Origin: Myxococcales bacterium
Lineage (GTDB): Bacteria; Myxococcota_A; Polyangia; Polyangiales; Polyangiaceae
Direction of reading: 5' to 3'
Assembly (NCBI GenBank): GCA_043747615.1
Contig: JAYTOU010000076.1
Location: forward strand, 1 to 64,000
DNA: 64,000 nucleotides
In this document: piece by piece, positions 1-9,484 of the stretch
How the letters are laid out: every line of letters begins with the position of its first letter
How positions within the stretch are numbered: the first letter of the stretch is position 1
Made by a program: the position numbers and the translations under genes
The notes under the pieces: generated by a model
Databases searched by the model: none
What the model saw: only the letters and a program-made list of their open reading frames with translations
Told to the model about the DNA's origin: nothing

Positions 1-95
1 CACGACGGGGAAAGTGAAATGGCGTTTCTCCGCCGCAGACGCACGGATCAAGCTTCGCCGCCTATACCCTTCCATTCCGTAGAACCGAGGCACTA
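1..95 (+). mobile_element. Right end of an IS630-family insertion sequence (truncated by window start)
   Basis: Frame from position 2 reads TTGKVKWRFSAADARIKLRRLYPSIP*, matching the WxFxxxDARIKLxRLYP C-terminus typical of IS630 transposases. It is followed shortly by CACTAG (CTAG at 93-96), consistent with the TA target of IS630. Confidence 0.8.
2..82 (+). CDS. IS630-family transposase, C-terminal 26 aa (partial)
   Basis: Hand translation ends KWRFSAADARIKLRRLYPSIP, TAG at 80-82; not in the ORF track. Confidence 0.78.
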   Translation, partial: TTGKVKWRFSAADARIKLRRLYPSIP

Positions 96-152
96 GGTCG
101 CGTGAGTAGTATCACGCGACACAGCCTCGCGAGGGTCGGCTAGGATCGGCTC

Positions 153-905
153 ATGACTCAGACGCAAGAAAACCGATCGCTCCGTTGTCTCTACTGCGGC
201 GCGACTCACGCGGAGCTCGCGACGGTGTGCCCTCTCTGCGCGACCGAGATCGCCCATGTGGCATGCGCGACGTGCAAGGCGTGGAACTCCGCGGGAGAAG
301 TCAGCTGCCGCTGCGGAACGCCACTCGTGTACGCCGCGCGGAAAGATCTCCCTTGTCCGCGATGCGCAGGAGGCACGCTGAAAGACGTCCCCCTCGGTGA
401 GGGAGGCCTCGGCGCCCATCAATGCGACGGCTGCATGGGGCTCCTCCTCGGCATCCACGACTGGACCGGGCTCCTCGATCGCGCATCCCGCGGCGAGCCC
501 CTTCCGCTCGATCGCTTTGCGCCCCTGCCGAAGGACCGCGAGCTACCGAAGTCGAAGCTCCTCGGTGAGGTGAAGTGCCCGGAGTGCGCGAAGGTCATGG
601 AGCGCGCGACGTTTGGCGTGCGCTCGGCGGCCATCGTCGACATCTGCACGAGTCACGGGCTCTGGCTCGACGCGGGAGAGCTCGTTTCGATCCTCTCCTT
701 CGTAAAGACGCGGGAGGACGGTAATGGCACCGTTCCCTTCGCACAAAGCGAATGGGAGAGCGAGAAGCGCCGCATGCTGGATCAACAGCTGATCGAGCAG
801 CAGACTCTTCTTGCGCGGACAACTGCTTCGAACCAGCTGCTTAGCCAGGAGCGACGCTCCGCGAGAAACTTCTTCATGGCGAGCATCGTCCTCCGATTTC
901 TTTGA
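153..905 (+). CDS. Multi zinc-ribbon protein (double zinc ribbon plus two zf-TFIIB-like ribbons)
   Basis: CLYC, CPLC, CATC, CRC, CPRC..CDGC, CPEC..DICTSHGLWLDAGEL (zf-TFIIB-like signature). Confidence 0.8.
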   Translation: MTQTQENRSLRCLYCGATHAELATVCPLCATEIAHVACATCKAWNSAGEVSCRCGTPLVYAARKDLPCPRCAGGTLKDVPLGEGGLGAHQCDGCMGLLLGIHDWTGLLDRASRGEPLPLDRFAPLPKDRELPKSKLLGEVKCPECAKVMERATFGVRSAAIVDICTSHGLWLDAGELVSILSFVKTREDGNGTVPFAQSEWESEKRRMLDQQLIEQQTLLARTTASNQLLSQERRSARNFFMASIVLRFL

Positions 906-951
906 GCAAGCCGTCCGACAAGCGTCGCCGCGCGCGCCAACCGGTTCGCGA

Positions 952-1989
952 TTAGCTGCGCCGAAAGGCCGCGATCAACTGCTCGGTCGCCGTGTACGGG
1001 TCTATCTTCTTTGCTTCGACGGCACGGACGGCTTCGTCCATGTGATCGCCGAGAGCGCGGACCGCAGCGTCGATCAGCGCCTCGCGGAGGGTTTCGCGCA
1101 CTTCCTCGGCCAGGCGCAATTTACGACGGTCTTGCCCCTTTTGGGAGCCCTCCAACCACGCGCGATGACGCTCGAGCGCGTCGATCACTTCCTTCACGCC
1201 CTCGTTTTTCGTCGCCACGCACCTGAGAATCGGCGGTGTCCACGTGAGGGGAAGGCCTCCCTCACCTAGCGTCACGGGCGCTGCGGGGAGGCCGAGCGCC
1301 GCCTTCGAGTGAACGACGTGGCCGCGTGACTTGGAGACTGCCCCTCGTGTCTCCTGGCCGAGCGCGATCATGAGCTCGAGGTCGCGCATCGCCGAATCGG
1401 CCCCTTCGCGGTCCGCTTTGTTGACGGCGAAGACATCGGCGATTTCCAGGATCCCCGCCTTGCTCGCTTGCACTTCGTCGCCCATTCCCGGCGCCATCAC
1501 GACCAACGTGGAGTGCGCCGTGCGCGTGATCTCGAGCTCGTCCTGACCGACCCCCACGGTTTCCACGATGACGACGTCGCACCCGTACGCGTCGAGAACC
1601 CGCACCATGTCACGCGCGGAGCGGGACAGCCCTCCCATGTGACCGCGGGTGGCGACCGAGCGAATGAAGACGCCCGCGTCGGTCGAGTGTCGGCCCATGC
1701 GAATCCGATCGCCGAGGATCGCGCCCCCCGAGAAGGGGCTCGTGGGATCGACGGCGATGACGCCAACTGTCCTATTTTCTCGACGAAAAAGCTCGATGAG
1801 CCGATCGCACAGGGTGGACTTTCCGGCTCCCGGATTGCCTGTCACCCCGATGATGAAGGCCCTCCCGGTGTGCGGAAAGAGATCCTTGAGAATGCGGAGG
1901 TAGTCGCCGGCGCGATCGTCGATGAGTCGCAGCGTGCGGGCGACAGCGCGCTCTTCGTGGGCCAAAACGCGCGAAGCGATTTCGTGCAT
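952..1989 (-). CDS. meaB: Methylmalonyl-CoA mutase-associated GTPase MeaB (ArgK family)
   Basis: GVTGNPGAGKST P-loop, AVDPTSPFSGGAILGDRIRM, VETVGVGQDE, NKAD. Start moved to the ATG at 1989 to avoid overlap with the upstream gene. Confidence 0.92.
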   Translation of the reverse strand: MHEIASRVLAHEERAVARTLRLIDDRAGDYLRILKDLFPHTGRAFIIGVTGNPGAGKSTLCDRLIELFRRENRTVGVIAVDPTSPFSGGAILGDRIRMGRHSTDAGVFIRSVATRGHMGGLSRSARDMVRVLDAYGCDVVIVETVGVGQDELEITRTAHSTLVVMAPGMGDEVQASKAGILEIADVFAVNKADREGADSAMRDLELMIALGQETRGAVSKSRGHVVHSKAALGLPAAPVTLGEGGLPLTWTPPILRCVATKNEGVKEVIDALERHRAWLEGSQKGQDRRKLRLAEEVRETLREALIDAAVRALGDHMDEAVRAVEAKKIDPYTATEQLIAAFRRS

Positions 1990-2017
1990 GCGAGCCCTGA
2001 GCTTAGTCGCCTTCGAG

Positions 2018-3313
2018 CTACTTGAGCGCAGCGATTTTGCGCGCCACTCCCACGCCGTCGACAAGGCCCTTGCTCTTCAGCGCCGTCTCGTACGCGGTTT
2101 TGGCGCCGACGGTCTCGCTTCCGGCGGCAAGGGCGTCACCGAGCGCAACCCACCCGGGCGCCCAGGCCGGAAATTCGTGGGTGGCCTTCTCGCCGAACGC
2201 TTTGGCGCTCGTGTCGCGACCTTGCGCGTGACAGGCCTCGCTGGCGTGAACGAGCGGCGTAGGGTCTTCGTGATTGAGCCCGAAGGCCGCCTGATAGTTT
2301 TCGACGGCGAGATCGATCTCCCCTTTTTTTGCGTACGCGTCTGCCACGAGAAGCTTCGCGGGAGCGAGGTTGGGAATGCTGGTGAGCGCGATGTTGGCTT
2401 CGGTGATTGCCTCGTCCGGCTTTCCGGCCGCGAGGAGAATTTTTCCCGCGACGACCCTCACGCTCGTGTCCTGTGGATCGATCTTGAGTGCCGCGATCGC
2501 CGCTTTACGGGCCTCGCCGAGGCGCCCGAGCTCGAGCTCGATCTCTGCGAGGTGGTAGAGCGCCTGCTTGTACGTTGGACGCTCGCGGACCGCATTTTCC
2601 AGCTCGGAAATCGCTTCGACGCCGTTCGGCAGCGCGTGCCCGAGCTCGTTCAGAGCCTCCGGGCCGTGAGGGTCGAGGAGCAGGGCCGTTCGGAGCTCGG
2701 CGATCCCGGCGTCGACTTTTCCGGTGCCCACGAGGACATGCCCGAGAGCAACGTGGGCCTCGGCTGCGTCCGGTCTCCAAGCCACAGCTTCGCGAAACGC
2801 GGCTTCGGCCTCGACCTCTTTGAGCTCGAGCTCGCGCGCATGACCTTCGGCGAGCTTCGCTTCGACGATCTTCTTTCCGCCGGCGACCGCGAGCGCCGAT
2901 TCCGTCAGCGCTTCGCTCGCCCGCCTCCATAAAAGGTGCGCCTCGGCCGCGCAAGCGTGTCCCGCCGAGGCCCCGCCGGTGATGCTTCCGACGACCCGGC
3001 ACTGCACCATGGCCTGACCGAAATCGCGCTCAGCAATGGCGACGCGGGCGAGCTCGTAATGAAGGGCGACGGCGACGTCCCCCGAGCGACCGGCGTTGAA
3101 ATTGGCGCCGCGTCGGAGCTCTTGGCCGGCGTCGAGCGGGTGGCCAGCGCGCAGAAGCGCCTTGCCCAAGGCGAGCGCAGCAGCGGCATCACCGGGCGAG
3201 GCCTTCGCCGAGGCCTTGAGCGCTTCGAGCGCGGACTCCTGAGCGGCCGCGGGATTCGCGGTAGCGAGGGCACCGACCACCGACAGGGCAGCGAGAACAC
3301 GTGCAATATACAT
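2018..3313 (-). CDS. Secreted tetratricopeptide-repeat protein
   Basis: Signal peptide (..NPAAA/QE) followed by multiple TPR-like repeats (AEAHVALGHVL, ALKIDPQD, LLVADAYAKKG). Confidence 0.8.
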   Translation of the reverse strand: MYIARVLAALSVVGALATANPAAAQESALEALKASAKASPGDAAAALALGKALLRAGHPLDAGQELRRGANFNAGRSGDVAVALHYELARVAIAERDFGQAMVQCRVVGSITGGASAGHACAAEAHLLWRRASEALTESALAVAGGKKIVEAKLAEGHARELELKEVEAEAAFREAVAWRPDAAEAHVALGHVLVGTGKVDAGIAELRTALLLDPHGPEALNELGHALPNGVEAISELENAVRERPTYKQALYHLAEIELELGRLGEARKAAIAALKIDPQDTSVRVVAGKILLAAGKPDEAITEANIALTSIPNLAPAKLLVADAYAKKGEIDLAVENYQAAFGLNHEDPTPLVHASEACHAQGRDTSAKAFGEKATHEFPAWAPGWVALGDALAAGSETVGAKTAYETALKSKGLVDGVGVARKIAALK

Positions 3314-3314
3314 C

Positions 3315-4406
3315 TTATGTACCTTCTACTATCTTTTGGACGGCCCAGGCTGCCGTTTCACGCACGTCGAGCGAGGGGTGATTCTCCGCCGCGTCGCGAA
3401 GGGCTTCCAGAGCCTGGGGTGCTTTCCGGTTTCCCAGGACAATCGCCGCATTTCGGGCAACGCCGTCGGAGGTCGCGCGCTTCAATGGGCTCCCCGCGCT
3501 CACGCGCTCCCAGGCTTCCGGCTGCATCTGGAGCAGCGAGCTCAGGTCGAGCGTGCTCCAGCGCTCGAGCGGCTCAAAAGTGCGGGTGCGCTCCGGATCC
3601 CGGGGGCGGCTGGAGGCATTGAACGGGCACACGGCCTGGCAATCGTCGCAGCCGAAGAGGCGCTCGCCGATCGCGTCACGCAGCCCGGGCTCGATCGGCG
3701 AGCGGTGCTCGATGGTGAGATACGACACGCATTTTCGCGGGTCGAGGACGAAGGGGCGCACGAACGCGCCGGTCGGGCAGGCGTCGATGCACAGTCTGCA
3801 ACTGCCGCAGCGCTCGGTCATCGGCGAGTCGGGCGTGAGCGCGAGGGTTGTCACCACCTCTCCAAGGAGAACGAACGACCCTTCTCCCGGAACGATGATC
3901 AGCCCATTTTTTCCGACGAATCCAAGACCTGACCGCGCCGCCCACGCCCGCTCGAGCAGCGGGGCATCGTCGATCAGCGGCCTGGCGAGAACGGGGGCTG
4001 CCTCCGTTCCGAGGCTGCGTACGAAAGCCGCGAGACGACGGAGCTTCCTGCGGACGACGTTGTGGTAGTCGTGCCCGCGCGCGTACCGGGCGATGGTCTT
4101 CGCCGTCTCCGGGTCGCTCTCTTCGTTGTCCCGTTTGTAGCGCCGGGCGACGCAGACGACGCTCTTTGCGCCATCGAGGATGTCCGACGTGTCGAGTCGG
4201 CGACGCGCGCTCGCGTTCTCGGCGAGCCAGGCCATTTCTCCGTGCATCTCAGCGGCGACAAAATCTTGGTAACGCTCGAAATCAAGGTCTAGCTCGAGGT
4301 CGGCCCGCGCCACGCCGACCGCTTCGAAGCCGAGCTCCATCGCTTTTGCGCGGACCAGGGCGTCCGCCTCGGTCGCGACGCGGCGCTCAGCGGGTTGAGG
4401 CGACAT
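3315..4406 (-). CDS. queG: Epoxyqueuosine reductase QueG
   Basis: MHGEMAWL, IARYARGHDYH, LERAWAARSGLGFVGKN, CGSCRLCIDACPTGA, CVSYLTIE, FGCDDCQAVCPFN. GAGAGG RBS precedes the ATG at 4406. Confidence 0.93.
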   Translation of the reverse strand: MSPQPAERRVATEADALVRAKAMELGFEAVGVARADLELDLDFERYQDFVAAEMHGEMAWLAENASARRRLDTSDILDGAKSVVCVARRYKRDNEESDPETAKTIARYARGHDYHNVVRRKLRRLAAFVRSLGTEAAPVLARPLIDDAPLLERAWAARSGLGFVGKNGLIIVPGEGSFVLLGEVVTTLALTPDSPMTERCGSCRLCIDACPTGAFVRPFVLDPRKCVSYLTIEHRSPIEPGLRDAIGERLFGCDDCQAVCPFNASSRPRDPERTRTFEPLERWSTLDLSSLLQMQPEAWERVSAGSPLKRATSDGVARNAAIVLGNRKAPQALEALRDAAENHPSLDVRETAAWAVQKIVEGT

Positions 4407-4526
4407 TGAGACGCCTCTCGGATAAGCATGGGACGCCACGATCGCCTAGTCTATGGCCGCCCCTGCGGTGGGGCAAACCCGCGACTTTTCAATTCTTCGT
4501 CCATCCTCGCGCCAGGAAATACTTGA

Positions 4527-5648
4527 ATGCACGCATCACGCTTTGCCCTCGGTTTCACGCTCCTCACGGCAGTCGCCTGCAGCGCGAAGAACTCGGTCAC
4601 CAGCTCGAACGACGGCGGAACGTCCGCGACGTGCGCGAGCGCACCGGTGGTCAGCGACAACGCGTACTGCAAGTCGTGCGCGCCTTCGATGACCCGGGCC
4701 CCCGCTGTCTGCACCAACGCACGCCCGATCGACGCGTGCTGCGCGTGGGTCCAGTCTCCGACCCAAGAGGTCACCCGCGGCACCAACCTGCACGTCTCGT
4801 CCTCCACCGATGCCACGGTAAATCTAGGCTGTTTGGCTACGCTGAAGGCGCAAGGAGTGAGCAAGATGGCGACGCTCAAGGGCTTCGTGAAGCTCTTTTC
4901 GAGCGGCGGCGATTCTGCGTGCGTGAAGATCGAGGTCTTCACCGAGGGGGTCGACGGCGCTCTCGGTGCGCCCGTGAGCAGCCCCTTCGTCACCTCGAGC
5001 GACGACACGATGGACCCCCCGCAGATGCCGCTTCCAGACTGGGCGCCCAACAAATGTGGGGCCGGCTGCAAGCTCCGCTCGTACACGCTCACGAACGTCC
5101 CGACCGAGACGCCACTCATTTTCAAGACCTCGAACGCTACGACGGGAGCTTGCAGCGCCGGACAGTGGGCGGATCTGTACGACTACAATATTTACATCTC
5201 GAACGACGCGCTCGAGACCGGTGACATCGGTCACTACGATGCATCGACGGTCGCCGCGACGGACATCAACACCGTGGCCTCCGCGGCGGGCGGGCTCACG
5301 ATCAAACCGGACAAGGGCGTGATCGCCGGCGAAGTGCACGACTGCGGGGACGTGCGCTTGTCCGGAGCGATGGTCGACAGCGATCTCGCGCACGAAGGCC
5401 CGATGTTCTACTTCGGCGAAAACGAGGCCGATCCCCTCCCCGATCAATCGCGCGCACCGCAAGGCCTGGGGACGAGCAAGCTCGGTCTCTTTGGCGCTTT
5501 GAACTTCACGACCGGCGTTCCCATTCGCCTGTCGGCCGTCGGAAAGTTCAAAGGCGACACCGTCCTCCTCGGTACGCACACCGTCCAGGTGTTCCCGGGC
5601 GCCGTCACGGCTCTCTCCTTCCGCGGGCGCGCTCCCTGGCAGAAGTGA
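4527..5648 (+). CDS. Cys-rich lipoprotein of unknown function (beta-sandwich-like domains)
   Basis: Lipobox TAVAC; paired Cys; VIAGEVHDC..LSGAMV resembles carboxypeptidase-regulatory-like domains. Confidence 0.7.
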   Translation: MHASRFALGFTLLTAVACSAKNSVTSSNDGGTSATCASAPVVSDNAYCKSCAPSMTRAPAVCTNARPIDACCAWVQSPTQEVTRGTNLHVSSSTDATVNLGCLATLKAQGVSKMATLKGFVKLFSSGGDSACVKIEVFTEGVDGALGAPVSSPFVTSSDDTMDPPQMPLPDWAPNKCGAGCKLRSYTLTNVPTETPLIFKTSNATTGACSAGQWADLYDYNIYISNDALETGDIGHYDASTVAATDINTVASAAGGLTIKPDKGVIAGEVHDCGDVRLSGAMVDSDLAHEGPMFYFGENEADPLPDQSRAPQGLGTSKLGLFGALNFTTGVPIRLSAVGKFKGDTVLLGTHTVQVFPGAVTALSFRGRAPWQK

Positions 5649-6307
5649 GCGAGAAAAAAGCCTCTTTCAGCGACTTCGTCTTTCATCAACCTGCGCGCGG
5701 TAGCGGCTATCGGGCGAACGTCGACGCTCTTCACTTGGCGGCCTTTGCGATGGAGGGGCGCAGAGCAAAGGTGGCCTTTGATCTCGGCTCGGGCGCCGGC
5801 GCCGTTGGTCTCACGCTCCTTCAACACTCGGCGGCAAGTCGCGTCGTCTTCGTCGAGATCGATCCCGAGGCGGCGCGCTTGGCGGCGCGAAACGTGAGCG
5901 AGAGCGGCTGGGACGAGCGCGGCGAGGTGCTCGAAGGCGACGTGACGAAGCTGAGCTTTGCGCGCGCGGCCGAGGCCGATCTCGTGACGTGCAATCCGCC
6001 GTACACGGAGCCTTCCCGAGGGCGCGCTGCGCCGGAGCCACGACGGGCACGCGCTCGCTCCGGTTCTCTTTCGGTCTTCGTGGAGGCCGCTCGGCGCTTC
6101 GCCGGAAAGCGCGCGCGGGTCTGCTTCGTGTATCCCGCACACGATCTCGGGACCCTCATGGCCACCCTCCGCAGCGCGGGAATCGAGCCAAAAAGACTGC
6201 GTGCGGTGCATACGCGCGCAACGACGCCAGCGCGTATCGTGCTCATCGAAGGGCGAGCAGCCAAAGCGGGCGGGCTGGTGGTGGAGCCGCCGTTGTTCGA
6301 AACGTGA
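5645..6307 (+). CDS. SAM-dependent N6-adenine methyltransferase, tRNA1(Val) A37 (TrmN6/YfiC)-like
   Basis: FHQPARGSGYRANVDALHLA, DLGSGAG motif I, VEID, CNPPY motif IV, EPKRLRAVH. Confidence 0.8.
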   Translation: MSEKKASFSDFVFHQPARGSGYRANVDALHLAAFAMEGRRAKVAFDLGSGAGAVGLTLLQHSAASRVVFVEIDPEAARLAARNVSESGWDERGEVLEGDVTKLSFARAAEADLVTCNPPYTEPSRGRAAPEPRRARARSGSLSVFVEAARRFAGKRARVCFVYPAHDLGTLMATLRSAGIEPKRLRAVHTRATTPARIVLIEGRAAKAGGLVVEPPLFET

Positions 6308-6308
6308 G

Positions 6309-6875
6309 CTAACGCGCCCCGCACAGGCGATCGAGCGCGATGGCGCACGCAGCTCGAACACTCAGGTGATTGTAGTCGGTAGCCGCTGCGGCGCGGATTG
6401 GCTCCAGGGCGAAGTCGGCAGCTTCGACGACGACCGGAGCGATCCCCCATCCCGTCCCGAAGAGCACGAGCACCGGCTTCTCCGAAGGCGCTTCGAGCTT
6501 CTCACGAGCTTCGCGCATGGAGATCGACGGACCCAATTTTCGCGCTGCTGTCACCCACACCTCGAGATTCTCCCGGCCTCCAAGCGACGCGTACACGTCC
6601 TCGAGCGACGGCATCACGCGCACGAGAGCGAGCGCGAGCTTGCGGTCCGGGATGCGCTTGCCGCTCGAACCGTTCGTCCAGTGATCGCAGATGCGCAAAA
6701 CGAGTTCTCGCTGGGCGGTGATCGGATGCACCAAAAAATAATCGCTGCACCCGTAGGTGCGCGCGCTCCGCGCCAGATCGTGCACGTCGAGGTTGGTGAT
6801 GGCGGTGGTGACTGTCTCCCGTTTGGCATCGAGCACCGGGTAGTGCACGAGCGCGATTGCTAGGCGTCGCGTCAT
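6309..6875 (-). CDS. SPOUT RNA methyltransferase (family usually adjacent or fused to TrmD)
   Basis: [50 protein letters not shown]; 4-bp overlap with trmD. Confidence 0.88.
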   Translation of the reverse strand: MTRRLAIALVHYPVLDAKRETVTTAITNLDVHDLARSARTYGCSDYFLVHPITAQRELVLRICDHWTNGSSGKRIPDRKLALALVRVMPSLEDVYASLGGRENLEVWVTAARKLGPSISMREAREKLEAPSEKPVLVLFGTGWGIAPVVVEAADFALEPIRAAAATDYNHLSVRAACAIALDRLCGAR

Positions 6876-7606
6876 TTCTTCTTGGGCCTCTCTAGACGGC
6901 GCGCGTCCTCGGCATAGCGCGCATAGAGATCGGGGCGACGCTCCTTCGTTCGCTCGATCCCCTGGTTTTTACGCCATGCGGCGATGTCGGCGTGATTTCC
7001 GCCGAGGAGCACGGCGGGCACGTCCACGCCGCGAAACGAGGCCGGACGCGTGTAGTGCGGGTACTCGAGCAGCCCCTCGGTCTCCGGGCTGTGGGATTCC
7101 TCGTGCGTCGATTCTTCGTTCCCGAGGACGCCTGGAAGAAGGCGCACGCAGGCGTCGACGATGGCCATCGCCGCTACTTCGCCGCCGGTCATCACGAAAT
7201 CGCCGAGCGACACTTCTTCGTCTACGACCGCGCGCACGCGCTCGTCGAAGCCCTCGTAGCGCCCGCAGATGAGTGAGATCGCCGGTTGGTCTGCAAACGC
7301 GCGGGCGCGGGCTTGATCGAAGCGGGCCCCCTGAGGAGTGAGAAGAACACGGTGAGCTCGGACGCCCCCGGGCGCGTCGGCGTCGAGCGACTCGACACAA
7401 GGGACCATCACGTCGGCGCGCAGCACCATTCCGCTGCCCCCGCCGTACGGAGTGTCGTCGACCCCGCGGTGCTTTCCAATCCCGAAATCGCGGGGGGAGC
7501 GAAAGCGAAAGACGAGCTTGTCAGCGGCGATGGCGCGGGCGACGAAGCTCGTTTTCAGGAAGCCTTCGAAGGCCTCGGGAAAGAGGGTCACGACGTCGAC
7601 ACGCAT
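6872..7606 (-). CDS. trmD: tRNA (guanine37-N1)-methyltransferase
   Basis: [54 protein letters not shown]. Start taken at MRVDVV (7606); ORF extends to 7678. Confidence 0.96.
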   Translation of the reverse strand: MRVDVVTLFPEAFEGFLKTSFVARAIAADKLVFRFRSPRDFGIGKHRGVDDTPYGGGSGMVLRADVMVPCVESLDADAPGGVRAHRVLLTPQGARFDQARARAFADQPAISLICGRYEGFDERVRAVVDEEVSLGDFVMTGGEVAAMAIVDACVRLLPGVLGNEESTHEESHSPETEGLLEYPHYTRPASFRGVDVPAVLLGGNHADIAAWRKNQGIERTKERRPDLYARYAEDARRLERPKKK

Positions 7607-7658
7607 GCGCGCTAGCCGACTTTCGGGAGGCTGTGTCGCCTGATAAATTTCATGCGAC

Positions 7659-8192
7659 TCATTCCCGGTCGATGGCATCGATGGTGACGAGCGTGACCAC
7701 GCCCGCCGAGGGATCGACCCGGTCGATGAACGCTTCCACCAGCGGAACTTCGAAATTCTTTCCGCCGTCGGTGGCCGTTACCACCAGCGTCTCGACGCTC
7801 GGGTAGGTCGCAAGATCTCTCACCTTGCCGAGCTCATGCTCTTCGTTGCCCTTCACCACCACCCGTGCGCCGATGAGATCGCAGGTGTAAAACTCACCCG
7901 CTTCAAGCGCCGGAAAATCCCGCCGGCGGGCGCAAATCAAGGCTCCCCGCAGCTCGTCCGCGCGATCACGATCGTCCACCGAGTGGAGCTTCATGAGGAT
8001 GGCGATGTCCGCGCGCCTCGCTCGGTCGACGGTGACTTCGTGCTCTGCGCCTTCCTTCAGACGCACCAGCACCTCCTCTAACTTGAGGAGAAGATCGCTG
8101 TCCTTGTTGAACAGCTTCAGACGCAACTCGCCGCGCACGCCGTGAGGACGCGCGACTTCCGCGAGAGGTACCCAGGCATCGGGCGCGATCAT
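7659..8192 (-). CDS. rimM: Ribosome maturation factor RimM
   Basis: [27 protein letters not shown]; position between the KH gene and trmD. Confidence 0.93.
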   Translation of the reverse strand: MIAPDAWVPLAEVARPHGVRGELRLKLFNKDSDLLLKLEEVLVRLKEGAEHEVTVDRARRADIAILMKLHSVDDRDRADELRGALICARRRDFPALEAGEFYTCDLIGARVVVKGNEEHELGKVRDLATYPSVETLVVTATDGGKNFEVPLVEAFIDRVDPSAGVVTLVTIDAIDRE

Positions 8193-8224
8193 CGGAAGAC
8201 CTCTACACCGTCAGCGCCTAGGCG

Positions 8225-8470
8225 CTAATCTACGATGTCGAGGTGGGCGCGCCGTCCGAGCTTGGTCGACACGGCAGCGAGGATGGTGCGCATGGACTGC
8301 GCGGTCCGACCCTCTTTGCCGATGACCTTGCCGACGTCCTCTTTGGCGACCCGCAGCTCGATGAGGCTGTTGTGCTCGCTTGCGATCTCCGTGACCACCA
8401 CCTGGTCGGGGTGGTCCACGAGTTCCATCGCGATCGTTCTAATCAGCTCTTTCAACGCTATTTCGCTCAT
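8225..8470 (-). CDS. khpA: KH-domain RNA-binding protein (KhpA/YlqC family)
   Basis: LVDHPDQV, DVGKVIGKEGRTAQSMRTIL; directly after rpsP. Confidence 0.9.
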   Translation of the reverse strand: MSEIALKELIRTIAMELVDHPDQVVVTEIASEHNSLIELRVAKEDVGKVIGKEGRTAQSMRTILAAVSTKLGRRAHLDIVD

Positions 8471-8490
8471 TCGAGAGGTAAGACGATTTT

Positions 8491-8760
8491 TTACTTAACT
8501 TTTGCAGCGCTGGCCGCGGCGGACTTCGCGCGCAGCTTGATCAAGCGATCGACCGTGGCGGACGGGGTCGCGCCGTGACCGGTCCAGAACGCGAGGCGAT
8601 CGCCGTCGATGGCGAAGAGGCCAGGGTCTTTGCTCGGGTCGTACGTGCCGATGTTCTCCAAGAAGCGGCCGCCACGCGGGCTCCTGTGATCGGTGACGAC
8701 GACACGGTAGAAAGGTCGTTTTTTTGCGCCCGCGCGAGCCAATCGAATGTGAACAGCCAT
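8491..8760 (-). CDS. rpsP: 30S ribosomal protein S16
   Basis: [49 protein letters not shown] before the ATG at 8760. Confidence 0.97.
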   Translation of the reverse strand: MAVHIRLARAGAKKRPFYRVVVTDHRSPRGGRFLENIGTYDPSKDPGLFAIDGDRLAFWTGHGATPSATVDRLIKLRAKSAAASAAKVK

Positions 8761-8802
8761 CTCGAAGTCCTCTTTGTGTCCCTGAACCGGAATACCGCTA
8801 AA

Positions 8803-8831
8803 AGCGTAGCATTCGCGGCCCCGGCGTCCAA
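8803..8831 (-). promoter_or_regulatory. Candidate sigma70 promoter for the rpsP operon
   Basis: Minus strand TTGGAC-N17-TACGCT with an extended -10 TG. Confidence 0.35.
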
Positions 8832-8943
8832 CGCGCTCAGTAGCCGCGCTGGCTTTCACGTGACGACCATTCGGCACGGGTATTTTGCTGGGGGGCGCAA
8901 ACTACGGTGAGCACGGTGGCTCGTCAAGCAGCCTTATCCGCCT

Positions 8944-9390
8944 TCACCCGTTTATCGACATCACCCGGGTGAGACGCATCAGAAGTGGCAAGTGGAAGGC
9001 CATCCCATAAATGTGGAATCGACCGCTCGTCAGCTCCGACATGACACCGCGCATCGTCTTGATCCCTTCCTTGTCGCGCGGGCTTGGGAGGGGGAGCGAC
9101 AACATGCTGGTGAGGGGGAGGTTGGACAAGGCGAGAATGGTGTCTGACGAGCCGCGAATCGTGACGTCCGGGATCCCCACGATACCGTCGTGGATCGTCA
9201 GTTGGCCCCCCTTGAACCGCAGCGTGAGGGCGACCTCGGCGTCTTCGGCGACGATTGAAATCGAGCCAGAAAGCGCGGCGAAATCGCTTTTTTTCTTTGG
9301 TTTCGCTTCAAGGTTCTGACGAACCAGGTCAGCGAGCATGACTGCGAGGCCGTTGTCTTCTGCGCCAGGGGCGAGGCTGATGTCGTGCAT
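8944..9390 (-). CDS. SCP2 sterol-carrier-like domain protein
   Basis: VALTLRFKGGQLTIHDG..PDVTIRGSSDTILAL..LTSGRFHIYG pattern. Confidence 0.7.
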   Translation of the reverse strand: MHDISLAPGAEDNGLAVMLADLVRQNLEAKPKKKSDFAALSGSISIVAEDAEVALTLRFKGGQLTIHDGIVGIPDVTIRGSSDTILALSNLPLTSMLSLPLPSPRDKEGIKTMRGVMSELTSGRFHIYGMAFHLPLLMRLTRVMSING

Positions 9391-9484
9391 GGAAAGCGCG
9401 TCATCATTCGCGCATGGGGGCCCACGTCAAGCTCTATGCGCTGGTTCAGTGTAAGGCCGCGCTCCTCCGCGGCGTTTTACGGAA

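Noticed and set aside
153..905. Functional link between the zf-TFIIB-like ribbons and the TFIIB-cyclin-like domain at 17.5 kb (split TFB)
   Set aside because: zf-TFIIB-like ribbons are common in bacteria; the genes are 16 kb apart with nothing connecting them.
8872..8890. GGCAC..TTGC sigma54-like site
   Set aside because: GG to GC spacing is 12 rather than the required 10, and no suitably oriented gene follows.
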